From contig CBDDEL010000014.1 in NCBI GenBank assembly GCA_965226885.1, forward strand, positions 570,248-634,247: a stretch of DNA of 64,000 nt. The letters are read 5' to 3'. The notes below the pieces were generated by a model. It worked only from the letters and a program-made list of their open reading frames with translations, was not told the DNA's origin and made no database searches. The DNA is from Opitutales bacterium. GTDB lineage: Bacteria > Verrucomicrobiota > Verrucomicrobiia > Opitutales > UBA2987. A program made the translations under genes and the position numbers. Positions 1 through 11,004 of the stretch are shown here, in pieces; the first letter of the stretch is position 1, and each line of letters starts with the position of its first letter.

Positions 1-510
1 AGCTTTACGACAAGGTATACTGTGGCCGCGGTGAAATGGAGAACCGAATCAAGGAACAGATGCAATTGTTCAGCGAGCGCACCAGCGCCCATCAATGGTG
101 GGCCAATCAGTGGCGATTGCTCTTGTCGGCGCTGGCCTACACCTTGATGGAAGCCATGCGCCGGTTAGCCTTAAAAGGGACGAAGTGGGCGCGGGCCCAA
201 TGCCACACCCTGCGGCTCAAATTAATCAAGATCGGAGCGGTCATCGTGCGCAACACCCGAACGATTCACTTTCACCTAAGTGAGAGTTATCCTTGGGCCA
301 GTCTTTTCAACCATGCGGCCCGCCGATTGGTGCCAACCTAAAGGGTGCATTGGTGCTGCCCCCGGCACTACCGAACCAATGGGGGAAAGGGGGCAGTGTC
401 TCTACACCCTGAAAAACACCTAAAAATCAAGACGATCTGCTCAAAATACAAAGAAATCCATCTCCAATAGCAATAACGAGCCAAACTTTACCCTTCATGA
501 AATATCCGGG
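1..510 (+). mobile_element. IS1380-family element, isoform A, 3' part (runs off window start)
   Basis: Transposase C-terminus (stop at 341) matches other copies; ends in IRR ...TTCATGAAATATCCGGG at 510, followed by CTAG. Confidence 0.95.
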
Positions 511-1194
511 CTAGTTCTTTTCTTGAAACCGTTTAGCTTCATTTAAGGGCGGATTTACCGGTTGAATGAGGGGGCAAGGGATCCCCGGTTGTCCGTGCCA
601 GCAGGAGCATACCATGTGTAATCTCACTAGTGGCGCTATCGGAAACAAAGGGCAGCGGTTGAGTTGAAATGCCAATACTGATGGGATTTGTCCCAACAAT
701 GGGTTCGTGGCCGGAGGGTGCGGCCACTCTGGGAGGTGAATTAGCCGCGACAACAGTTGCCACCCCCTTCCGCAGGCCATACGAACCCAATCACCAATCG
801 TTCTGCTCGGGTAGAGAGCGGAGCTTGTAGCGAAGCAGATGTCTTGCTTCTGAACCGCACGACAGCCCGCTTCCATTAATCTATGGAGAACCGGGTAACC
901 TAGATGTTAGGCTCCGTCCACATGGAGGCGCCCGGAACCAATACGCCGGGGAGCGGGCGCTGAGGCATTGCCATAAGGCCCAAATTTACCTGAGGAAACA
1001 AGATAATGAATGCGGATCAAGCCGTGGTCCGATTTGCCCGCCCGCTCAGAACGTATCAGATGATCCACCGTTATGGCGGCGTCTTCCCGGGGCAATTTAA
1101 GTTTTGTCTCAAGCATTCCAATCAATGGTTCCCTGAGCGAAGCCACCTTCACCCTGGTCCTGGGAAATTCCCCGTTTTTCATCATTTCCAACAA
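511..1194 (-). pseudogene. Ldh_2-family (malate/L-lactate/sulfolactate dehydrogenase-like) oxidoreductase pseudogene
   Basis: Family-like motifs GKSDHGLIR, VDG.xHLG, GTNPISIG, DSATS spread over three ORF pieces; in-frame TAA at 907-909, frameshift near 770, 3' end cut by IS1380. Confidence 0.75.
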
Positions 1195-1252
1195 AGGGGC
1201 AAGCCGTTGAGGCTTGTGCTTTGGAGGCTTAAATTATAGCTTAACACCGACC

Positions 1253-2015
1253 ATGCGAACTGTGAATTGGGATAAATTGAAACCGCCCACCGCCCTTCTG
1301 TTTTTTATTTTGACTTCAGTAGTGGCGATTTTGCTGGGTTTCTTCCTGCTCTCCAGGGAAACCATGGCCTCCTGGTTTCAGGCTGCGGGCTATTATTTTA
1401 TTTTCGCAACTTTTATTATATGGGCAGCCAGCCTGTGGCCGGAAAAACTGACTTTTGAGCGGTCCCAAGAGTTCATCCGCGGGCATTGGCCCGCCTTGGC
1501 GGTGGCCTTTATTCTGACCGCGGCGGGGATTTTAAACAGCCCGCCGAAATTCCGCATCCTGGCGGACGAAACGAACCTCATGGGCGTGGCCCTGTCGATG
1601 TACAGGGAGCGTTCCGTCGGCAACACCACAGAGGGGTATTATTATTTTGAGAGCTTTGAGCCGAAAACTACCGTTCAGGGCAAACGTCCGCTCCTTTTCC
1701 CCTTTCTCGTATCGGTTCTCCACACAGTTAAAGGTTACAGCGCCTCCAACGGGTTCGTGCTCAACGCCCTGGCCGGGTTCCTGACCCTATTTTTATTTTA
1801 CTTTCTGCTCCAGCGGATTTTTTCCAGTGGTTTAGCCCTGCTTGGAATGCTCCTTCTGGCCTCATTTCCAGTTTATGTTATCGGGGTCTCCTCTAGCGGG
1901 TTCGAGATCGTCAATTTACTCTTTGCTTTGATTGCATTCCTCCTGCTGGATGTCTATTTGGAAAAGCGGGAGCCTCGCCACGCGGAGTTGCTGGGGCTAA
2001 CCCTCGTGCTCCTAT
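1253..2015 (+). pseudogene. Multi-pass membrane protein (GT39/PMT-like glycosyltransferase), 3'-truncated by IS1380
   Basis: Several hydrophobic segments, ADE and RPLLFP motifs; frame runs into the IS1380 left end at 2016. Confidence 0.6.
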
Positions 2016-3588
2016 CCCGGATATTTCGTAAAAAAAGTATCGTTGATATGCTTAACTGCTGATATACAGCAGGATAGATCAATAATTAAAGCAATATCAG
2101 CGATGACAAAAGGTAAACAATTAAAGCTACAGTTGACAAGGGTAAAAGGCCGCCGTGTGCGGGTTGATTTCAAGGGCGGAGAGGTTACTTCGGATGCCGG
2201 ACTGCTTTTGATCCGGGAAGTGGATCGGCAGTTGGGCTTGACCGAACGAGCGGCCCGACAGTTAGTGGACAAACGGCAGAAGGGCAAAGTACGCCATGAG
2301 GTCTTGGGGATGCTGCGGCAGCGCGTTTACGGGCTGGTGGCGGGCTATGAGGATTTGAACGACTTTGATACCCTGCGCCACGATCCATTGTTGCAAACGG
2401 TAACGGGGCGCATTGAAACGTTGGCCAGCGCGCCGACTTTGTGTCGTTTTGAAAACGGGCAGGATCGGCGGGCGGCCTTTGCGGTAAACGAGCTGTTGGT
2501 CGAACAGTTCATGGGCTCCTTTGCCGAGGAACCCGAAGAGATCATCCTGGACTTTGACGCCACCGACAATCCGGTGCACGGGCTCCAGGAGGGACGTTTT
2601 TTCCACGGTTATTATGATCATTACTGTTTTCTGCCGCTATATGTTTTTTGCGGTGATCAGCTGCTGGTGGCCTACCTGCGGCCGAGCAAGATCGATGCCA
2701 GCAAGCATGCCGGGGCCATCCTCAAATTGCTGGTTAAACGGATTCGCCAAAGCTGGCCCCGTACGCGGATTATTTGGCGCGCCGACAGTGGATTTTGTCG
2801 AGACCGGATACTCTCTTGGTGCGACCGCAACGAAGTTAGTTACATCGTGGGGATGGCTCGCAATGCACGCTTGCAGCAAGACGCCCAGCAGTTGCAAAAG
2901 CAGGCCAAAGAATGGTTCGAACTAAGGGGTAAAAAACAACGGTTATTCCAGGACTTCGTCTATGCTGCCGATTCGTGGCGATGGCTGCGGTTGGTCATCC
3001 ATAAAGCCGAACACACCGCACAGGGGTCCAACCCGCGCTTCGTGGTGACGAACCTGCCGGGCGATCCCCAGGAGCTTTACGACAAGGTATACTGTGGCCG
3101 CGGTGAAATGGAGAACCGAATCAAGGAACAGATGCAATTGTTCAGCGAGCGCACCAGCGCCCATCAATGGTGGGCCAATCAGTGGCGATTGCTCTTGTCG
3201 GCGCTGGCCTACACCTTGATGGAAGCCATGCGCCGGTTAGCCTTAAAAGGGACGAAGTGGGCGCGGGCCCAATGCCACACCCTGCGGCTCAAATTAATCA
3301 AGATCGGAGCGGTCATCGTGCGCAACACCCGAACGATTCACTTTCACCTAAGTGAGAGTTATCCTTGGGCCAGTCTTTTCAACCATGCGGCCCGCCGATT
3401 GGTGCCAACCTAAAGGGTGCATTGGTGCTGCCCCCGGCACTACCGAACCAATGGGGGAAAGGGGGCAGTGTCTCTACACCCTGAAAAACACCTAAAAATC
3501 AAGACGATCTGCTCAAAATACAAAGAAATCCATCTCCAATAGCAATAGCAATAACGAGCCAAACTTTACCCTTCATGAAATATCCGGG
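2016..3588 (+). mobile_element. IS1380-family element, isoform A, full length
   Basis: IRL CCCGGATATTTC at 2016, IRR ends 3588; flanks CTAT/TTAG do not match; 6-bp tandem duplication near the right end. Confidence 0.95.
2103..3413 (+). CDS. IS1380-family DDE transposase (436 aa from MTKGK)
   Basis: Motifs TSDAGLLL, LDFDATD, RADSGF, YCGRGEMENRIKE. Confidence 0.95.
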   Translation: MTKGKQLKLQLTRVKGRRVRVDFKGGEVTSDAGLLLIREVDRQLGLTERAARQLVDKRQKGKVRHEVLGMLRQRVYGLVAGYEDLNDFDTLRHDPLLQTVTGRIETLASAPTLCRFENGQDRRAAFAVNELLVEQFMGSFAEEPEEIILDFDATDNPVHGLQEGRFFHGYYDHYCFLPLYVFCGDQLLVAYLRPSKIDASKHAGAILKLLVKRIRQSWPRTRIIWRADSGFCRDRILSWCDRNEVSYIVGMARNARLQQDAQQLQKQAKEWFELRGKKQRLFQDFVYAADSWRWLRLVIHKAEHTAQGSNPRFVVTNLPGDPQELYDKVYCGRGEMENRIKEQMQLFSERTSAHQWWANQWRLLLSALAYTLMEAMRRLALKGTKWARAQCHTLRLKLIKIGAVIVRNTRTIHFHLSESYPWASLFNHAARRLVPT

Positions 3589-4822
3589 TTAGTGGACAAA
3601 CGGCAGAAGGGCAAAGTACGCCATGAGGTATTGGGGATGCTGCGGCAGCGCGTTTACGGGCTGGTGGCGGGCTATGAGGATTTGAACGACTTTGATACCC
3701 TGCGCCACGATCCATTGTTGCAAACGGTAACGGGGCGCATTGAAACGTTGGCCAGCGCGCCGACTTTGTGTCGTTTTGAAAACGGGCAGGATCGGCGGGC
3801 GGCCTTTGCGGTAAACGAGCTGTTGGTCGAACAGTTCATGGGCTCTTTTGCCGAGGAACCCGAAGAGATCATCCTGGACTTTGACGCCACCGACAATCCG
3901 GTGCACGGGCTCCAGGAGGGACGTTTTTTCCACGGTTATTATGATCATTACTGTTTTCTGCCGCTATATGTTTTTTGCGGTGATCAGCTGCTGGTGGCCT
4001 ACCTGCGGCCGAGCAAGATCGATGCCAGCAAGCATGCCGGGGCCATCCTCAGATTGCTGGTTAAACGGATTCGCCAAAGCTGGCCCCGTACGCGGATTAT
4101 TTGGCGCGCCGACAGTGGATTTTGTCGAGACCGGATACTCTCTTGGTGCGACCGCAACGAAGTTAGTTACATCGTGGGGATGGCTCGCAATGCACGCTTG
4201 CAGCAAGACGCCCAGCAGTTGCAAAAGCAGGCCAAAGAATGGTTCGAACTAAGGGGTAAAAAACAACGGTTATTCCAGGACTTCGTCTATGCTGCCGATT
4301 CGTGGCGATGGCTGCGGTTGGTCATCCATAAAGCCGAACACACCGCACAGGGGTCCAACCCGCGCTTCGTGGTGACGAACCTGCCGGGCGATCCCCAGGA
4401 GCTTTACGACAAGGTATACTGTGGCCGCGGTGAAATGGAGAACCGAATCAAGGAACAGATGCAATTGTTCAGCGAGCGCACCAGCGCCCATCAATGGTGG
4501 GCCAATCAGTGCCGATTGCTCTTGTCGGCGCTGGCCTACACCTTGATGGAAGCCATGCGCCGGTTAGCCTTAAAAGGGACGAAGTGGGCGCGGGCCCAAT
4601 GCCACACCCTGCGGCTCAAATTAATCAAGATCGGAGCGGTCATCGTGCGCAACACCCGAACGATTCACTTTCACCTAAGTGAGAGTTATCCTTGGGCCAG
4701 TCTTTTCAACCATGCGGCCCGCCGATTGGTGCCAACCTAAAGGGTGCATTGGTGCTGCCCCCGGCACTACCGAACCAATGGGGGAAAGGGGGCAGTGTCT
4801 CTACACCCTGAAAAACACCTAA
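3589..4822 (+). mobile_element. IS1380 internal fragment lacking both ends
   Basis: Begins at an internal TTAG (…CAG|TTAGTGGAC) and stops at an internal CTAA in the right arm, each abutting another copy's IR. Confidence 0.9.
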
Positions 4823-5656
4823 CCCGGATATTTCGTAAAAAAAGTATCGTTGATATGCTTAACTGCTGATATACAGCAGGATAGATCAATAATTAAAGCA
4901 ATATCAGCGATGACAAAAGGTAAACAATTAAAGCTACAGTTGACAAGGGTAAAAGGCCGCCGTGTGCGGGTTGATTTCGGTTGATTTCAAGGGCGGAGAG
5001 GTTACTTCGGATGCCGGACTGCTTTTGATCCGGGAAGTGGATCGGCAGTTGGGCTTGACCAAACGAGCGGCCCGACAGTTAGTGGACAAACGGCAGAAGG
5101 GCAAAGTACGCCATGAGGTATTGGGGATGCTGCGGCAGCGCGTTTACGGGCTGGTGGCGGGCTATGAGGATTTGAACGACTTTGATACCCTGCGCCACGA
5201 TCCATTGTTGCAAACGGTAACGGGGCGCATTGAAACGTTGGCCAGCGCGCCGACTTTGTGTCGTTTTGAAAACGGGCAGGATCGGCGGGCGGCCTTTGCG
5301 GTAAACGAGCTGTTGGTCGAACAGTTCATGGGCTCCTTTGCCGAGGAACCCGAAGAGATCATCCTGGACTTTGACGCCACCGACAATCCGGTGCACGGGC
5401 TCCAGGAGGGACGTTTTTTCCACGGTTATTATGATCATTACTGTTTTCTGCCGCTATATGTTTTTTGCGGTGATCAGCTGCTGGTGGCCTACCTGCGGCC
5501 GAGCAAGATCGATGCCAGCAAGCATGCCGGGGCCATCCTCAAATTGCTGGTTAAACGGATTCGCCAAAGCTGGCCCCGAACGCGGATTATTTGGCGCGCC
5601 GACAGTGGATTTTGTCGAGACCGGATACTCTCTTGGTGCGACCGCAACGAAGTTAG
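4823..5656 (+). mobile_element. IS1380 5' half, frameshifted
   Basis: IRL at 4823; 10-bp duplication GGTTGATTTC at 4969-4988; ends at internal ...CGAAGTTAG. Confidence 0.9.
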
Positions 5657-7261
5657 CCCGGATATTTCATGAAGGGTAAAGTTTGGCTCGTTATTGCTAT
5701 TGGAGATGGATTTCTTTGTATTTTGAGCAGATCGTCTTGATTTTTAGGTGTTTTTCAGGGTGTAGAGACACTGCCCCCTTTCCCCCATTGGTTCGGTAGT
5801 GCCGGGGGCAGCACCAATGCACCCTTTAGGTTGGCACCAATCGGCGGGCCGCATGGTTGAAAAGACTGGCCCAAGGATAACTCTCACTTAGGTGAAAGTG
5901 AATCGTTCGGGTGTTGCGCACGATGACCGCTCCGATCTTGATTAATTTGAGCCGCAGGGTGTGGCATTGGGCCCGCGCCCACTTCGTCCCTTTTAAGGCT
6001 AACCGGCGCATGGCTTCCATCAAGGTGTAGGCCAGCGCCGACAAGAGCAATCGCCACTGATTGGCCCACCATTGATGGGCGCTGGTGCGCTCGCTGAACA
6101 ATTGCATCAATTGCATCTGTTCCTTGATTCGGTTCTCCATTTCACCGCGGCCACAGTATACCTTGTCGTAAAGCTCCTGGGGATCGCCCGGCAGGTTCGT
6201 CACCACGAAGCGCGGGTTGGACCCCTGTGCGGTGTGTTCGGCTTTATGGATGACCAACCGCAGCCATCGCCACGAATCGGCAGCATAGACGAAGTCCTGG
6301 AATAACCGTTGTTTTTTACCCCTTAGTTCGAACCATTCTTTGGCCTGCTTTTGCAACTGCTGGGCGTCTTGCTGCAAGCGTGCATTGCGAGCCATCCCCA
6401 CGATGTAACTAACTTCGTTGCGGTCGCACCAAGAGAGTATCCGGTCTCGACAAAATCCACTGTCGGCGCGCCAAATAATCCGCGTACGGGGCCAGCTTTG
6501 GCGAATCCGTTTAACCAGCAATTTGAGGATGGCCCCGGCATGCTTGCTGGCATCGATCTTGCTCGGCCGCAGGTAGGCCACCAGCAGCTGATCACCGCAA
6601 AAAACATATAGCGGCAGAAAACAGTAATGATCATAATAACCGTGGAAAACAGTAATGATCATAATAACCGTGGAAAAAACGTCCCTCCTGGAGCCCGTGC
6701 ACCGGATTGTCGGTGGCGTCAAAGTCCAGGATGATCTCTTCGGGTTCCTCGGCAAAGGAGCCCATGAACTGTTCGACCAACAGCTCGTTTACCGCAAAGG
6801 CCGCCCGCCGATCCTGCCCGTTTTCAAAACGACACAAAGTCGGCGCGCTGGCCAACGTTTCAATGCGCCCCGTTACCGTTTGCTAACAATGGATCGTGGC
6901 GCAGGGTATCAAAGTCGTTCAAATCCTCATAGCCCGCCACCAGCCCGTAAACGCGCTGCCGCAGCATCCCCAATACCTCATGGCGTACTTTGCCCTTCTG
7001 CCGTTTGTCCACTAACTGTCGGGCCGCTCGTTCGGTCAAGCCCAACTGCCGATCCACTTCCCGGATCAAAAGCAGTCCGGCATCCGAAGTAACCTCTCCG
7101 CCCTTGAAATCAACCCGCACACGGCGGCCTTTTACCCTTGTCAACTGTAGCTTTAATTGTTTACCTTTTGTCATCGCTGATATTGCTTTAATTATTGATC
7201 TATCCTGCTGTATATCAGCAGTTAAGCATATCAACGATACTTTTTTTACGAAATATCCGGG
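5657..7261 (-). mobile_element. IS1380 isoform A, both ends present, transposase disrupted
   Basis: IRR at 5657, IRL ends 7261; 9-bp (6099-6116) and 28-bp (6617-6672) tandem duplications and a 1-bp insertion near 6884. Confidence 0.93.
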
Positions 7262-7341
7262 TTAGGGTTTGGGAGTTGGTTTTGGGGATTGGCTTGGGGT
7301 CGGTGAGGAGGCCGGAGGCCGACGAGCCGGGCCCAAGGCGT

Positions 7342-8031
7342 TTATTGTTTTGTGCCACGGCGTCGAGCATCGCGCAAGCGGTAGCTTTGCCCGTTGGCTT
7401 CGAGGATATGCACCCGATGGGTGAGTCGGTCCAGCAGAGCTCCGGTGAGCCGTTCGGAACCGAGCACTTCGATCCAGTTCTCAAAGGGCAGGTTGGTGGT
7501 GACGATGAGACTGGTGCGCTCGTAAGCGCGGCTGACCACGTCGAAGAGCAGTTCGGAACCGGTCTTGGAAAAAGGGACGTAACCGAGTTCGTCGAGGATG
7601 AGTAGGTCGAGCCTTTCGAGTTGCTTCAGGATCCGCCGGCCCTGGGCACAGGCGGCAAAGCCCAGGGCGGTGGCCAGGTGCGTTTTACCGGTACCGGCGT
7701 TACCGAGGAGCAGCACGTTTTCGCGCTGGTCGACATACTCCCCGCGCATGAGCTCTCGGATGAGCGCTTCGTTGATCGAGGGCTGCGCTTCAAAGGCGAA
7801 GCTCTCGAGGGTCTTGAGCACGGGGAAACGGGCGTTTTTGATCCGCCGCTGGGCGGCCCGCTGTTCGCGTTCAATGAGCTCCCGTTCGACCAGATGCAAC
7901 AAAAAGGCGGCGTAATCGAGCCGGTCCCGGGAACAAGCCGCGGCCACCGCCGGCCATTCGCGCAGGATGGTGGGCAACTTCAGTTTCTTGAGGTGATGGT
8001 GTAACAGCAGCTGGTTTTTTTCTTCCTTCAT
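7342..8031 (-). pseudogene. istB: IS21 helper ATPase IstB with apparent in-frame internal deletion
   Basis: Walker A GNAGTGKT and Walker B LLILDELGY present, but the segment between them is unusually short (AQGRR|ILKQL). Confidence 0.75.
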
Positions 8032-9533
8032 AAAGCCCCTCCTGGAATCTTGAGCAGTTCGCTGTAGGCACCGAGGTCAGGGGCGGCCACACGGACGTGA
8101 CGCAGGTGTGGATGGCCGTCCAGCCGGAAGGTTCTGCTCCCGTAGTCTTCCTGAGGATAGAGATACTGGGCGATGGCCTCACGAGTCAGTCCCCCCACCC
8201 GCAGGGCCGAGACGACGGCCTGCTGCAAGGCCGCCATGGGGTGTTTCTCCAACAGCCGCAGCACCCGGATATACTCCCGGGTGCCTTCGCCCCCGCATTG
8301 GCTTTCGAGCCGGCGTCTGAGGACCTGCAGGCACTGCGGCAACTGCCAGCCCGAGAGTGGGCGGGCGAAGTCCAAAGCGCCCGGTTTTTTCTCCAGCAAA
8401 GCCAGGTAGTGCACCGGCTCGAAAGAGACTTGCTCTTTATCCCAAATGCGGCGGTGCCGGGCCACCTCTTGGCCCCCACAGAAGATCACCACCTGCCGAC
8501 AGGACCCTTCCACCACCACCGGATGGTGGGCGCAGCGCACCGGCACCGAATAGTCGTTGCACTCGAAGCGCACCAGCGAGAGGCTGCTGACGCAGGTCGA
8601 GCGTTTGCGGCTCGCTTCAAAGGGTATGGGCGGCAACGCCAGCATGACGGCGCGCTCCTCGGCCAGCAGTTCCTTTTTCACCGCCCTTTTCCCGCGTAAT
8701 TTACGCTCCATGTCCCGCTCACATGCCTCCAACAGCTTTGCGTTGAGTTCCTCCAGGTCCCGAACCTGCGGTACCGGTACCAGGAAGTTGGCCCGGGCAT
8801 AACGCACGATCCCCTCGACCACGCCCTTCTCGTTGGGCCGGGCGGGCAGACAGAAGTGTTCCTCGAACAGGTAATGGCTCTGTAGCTGCAGAAACCCGTC
8901 GGTCAGCTTGCGTTCACGCGAACCGATAATCTTACCCACCGCCACCTTCGAGTTGTCATAGCTGATGCGCCGGGGCACCGCCCCGAAAAACTCAAAAGCT
9001 CGCAGGTGCCCCTCCCAGAAGCTCTCCGTGCACTCCCGTTCGAACACCTGCACGAAAAAGGCATCGCTGTAGGGCAGGCTCATGGCAAAAAATGGCCGCC
9101 TACGCAATTGCCCCGCCTCCTTCACCAGGGCATGACCGAAGTCCACCTGTCCCTCCCCGGGGCGGTGCTCCAGCGGCACGAACACTTCCCGCCGCCTCGC
9201 TCGCAGCTCGGCCACCACCTCCTTGACCGCCGTGTAGCCCCCTTGGTAGCCCTTCTCCCGACCCAAACGCTGGTAGATCCGTTTGGCCGTATGGCGCTGC
9301 TTCTTGGGCACGTTCCGGTCCGCTTTGAGCACCTCCTCGATCCAGCCCACATACGGATCGATCTTGCGCTCTCGCCTCTTCTTGCGCCGGTATCCCGGCG
9401 GCTGGGAATAGGCCAGCATCTTTCCCAGGGTCTCCCAGTGCAGTCCCTCTTCTCGCATTACAGAGCGCTTGCTCTGCTTGTCCCGCAGCACTTTGTGCCG
9501 CACTCTTGTCCATTGCTTCATATCTCGATACAC
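8028..9533 (-). CDS. istA: IS21-family transposase IstA
   Basis: GQVDFG, YDN, EKGVVE and NDYSVP motifs; overlaps istB start. Confidence 0.93.
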   Translation of the reverse strand: MYRDMKQWTRVRHKVLRDKQSKRSVMREEGLHWETLGKMLAYSQPPGYRRKKRRERKIDPYVGWIEEVLKADRNVPKKQRHTAKRIYQRLGREKGYQGGYTAVKEVVAELRARRREVFVPLEHRPGEGQVDFGHALVKEAGQLRRRPFFAMSLPYSDAFFVQVFERECTESFWEGHLRAFEFFGAVPRRISYDNSKVAVGKIIGSRERKLTDGFLQLQSHYLFEEHFCLPARPNEKGVVEGIVRYARANFLVPVPQVRDLEELNAKLLEACERDMERKLRGKRAVKKELLAEERAVMLALPPIPFEASRKRSTCVSSLSLVRFECNDYSVPVRCAHHPVVVEGSCRQVVIFCGGQEVARHRRIWDKEQVSFEPVHYLALLEKKPGALDFARPLSGWQLPQCLQVLRRRLESQCGGEGTREYIRVLRLLEKHPMAALQQAVVSALRVGGLTREAIAQYLYPQEDYGSRTFRLDGHPHLRHVRVAAPDLGAYSELLKIPGGAL

Positions 9534-9607
9534 TCCTCCTTTCTAGGATAAGCGTACCGGTTTTAAAGCGCCCTCTTTACCGTACCGGTTTTTCCCCGGC
9601 GTTTACA

Positions 9608-9754
9608 AACAATACCCTGCGCCAACGACTGGGTCGTTTCACACGCAAAACCCTCTCCTTTTCCAAGCTTAAGAGTATGCATGAAACCTGTCTGAGACTT
9701 TTCATTCATCAATATAATCAAGAATTAGCCACCATTCCTACTTAATACACTACC
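9608..9754 (+). mobile_element. IS1-family right-end remnant
   Basis: Matches the 3' end of the IS1 at 21174-21974 and ends CACTACC; abuts the IS21 left end. Confidence 0.9.
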
Positions 9755-10992
9755 CAATAATCGATGAATGCGGTCACTCCTCTATTCGAGCGTGTTATTT
9801 ACGAATGGCTCGGAGTGTAGATACGCATGTTAAATCTTCGTCTCACATTCGAATTTCAGTTAATCTAAAAACGGGTGAGCTTGATGCGTTGGGGTATTTG
9901 ACTACTTGGCTTACTGTAGACAAGCATCCAGATACCGGTATTGCATTTGCAGGAAGAAGGATTCCTAATTTTGACAACTGCATTTCTACAGCTTTGGAGC
10001 TCTATAGATTGATTCCTTATGTGCGATGTGTCGGTTGGGATATGGTTGTTGATAAGGATAATGAGGTCAAGGTTATGGAGTGGAATTCAGGTCATAACGA
10101 CATAAAGTTTTCTGGGTTCTGGGTAGTGTTAACATGACGAATATTTGATATTGCTGTTGTATTCCCAGATGAACAAGCACAGGACGCGAAAATGCATGAC
10201 CAAAGACTTCGAGAATGACAGCGTTTTACGCACATAGCGTGACAGGGACTGTCGCAAGGTATTGTTCCAGCGTTCGATATGGGCGGTTTGGCCGGATTGT
10301 TTCCCGCTGGCGCGCTGGCGCTGTTGTGAGGGAAAACCTTGTCGTAGCTTTCCCAGTAATCGCTTACGGTGGCACAGTCGCGATAGGGCTGGGCGATGTT
10401 GTGATACAACTGCCAGCACGTTTGATCGCTACGATCACCCAGAGAAAACCCGACGACCTGTCGGGTACGTCGACACAAGGCTACCCATAGCCATACCTGC
10501 CCCGAACGCTTATCGCCCCAGAATGACCACACCTCGTCCAGTTCCAGCACATCACTACACTGGCGGGCAAGCAGAGTGGACTCCAGCTTCGGCAAACTCA
10601 GGACTTTTTTTTAATCCATTCAATGACCGTCTTTGGGGCTACCCCGAAGGTACGGTAAATGGCACGCAGGCTCATCCGGTTTTGGTGCGCACGGAGCACC
10701 TGCTTGACCAGCGCCGGAGGATGCTCACGACTTTTGGGGTGAAGCCGAAACTGATAACCACACCCCTTGCATCGATACTTCTGAACCCCTTTCGGATCCT
10801 TGCCGTGCTTGATGATGTGATCGCTTCCGCATTGAGGACATTTTACTGTGATATGGACCATTCCCAGTTCACAACATAATCACGCTAAAAAGTACAGCTT
10901 AAACATTCAAAATGCTAACACTACCGTTTTCTGAACAGACACAAGGTCCATGTTTCTCAGATTTAGGATGGGAGAAATTATGGCAGCAGTAG
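9755..10992 (+). pseudogene. C-terminal fragment of a sugar-transfer-associated ATP-grasp protein, split by IS1
   Basis: HPDTG...IP.F...VGWD...MEWN motif; after IS removal the frame continues FSEQTQGPCF...WQQ* to 10992. Confidence 0.7.
10122..10925 (-). mobile_element. IS1-family element (second type): insA 10598-10861, insB 10129-10595 frameshifted
   Basis: IRs GGTAGTGTTA(A/G)CAT; 8-bp TSD GTTTTCTG; InsA CPQC/CKGC zinc ribbon; A-run slippery site; 8-bp duplication at 10305-10320 breaks insB. Confidence 0.9.
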
Positions 10993-11004
10993 AAGCTAAC
11001 CTAG

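Larger units (their letters stand above)
7262..9607 (-). mobile_element. IS21-family element, right end missing (cut by IS1380)
   Basis: istA-istB pair; left end reads TGTAAACGCCGGGG on the minus strand from 9607; subterminal repeats CGTACCGGTTTT at 9553 and 9581. Confidence 0.9.

Noticed and set aside
2043..2102. 456-aa transposase with N-terminal MICLTAD extension
   Set aside because: Relies on a TTG that isoform B lacks; ATG at 2103 is shared
5653..7265. TTAG/TTAG as a true target duplication of the 5657-7261 copy
   Set aside because: Left flank is IS1380-internal and right flank is IS21; they are not continuous, so the match reflects target preference plus rearrangement
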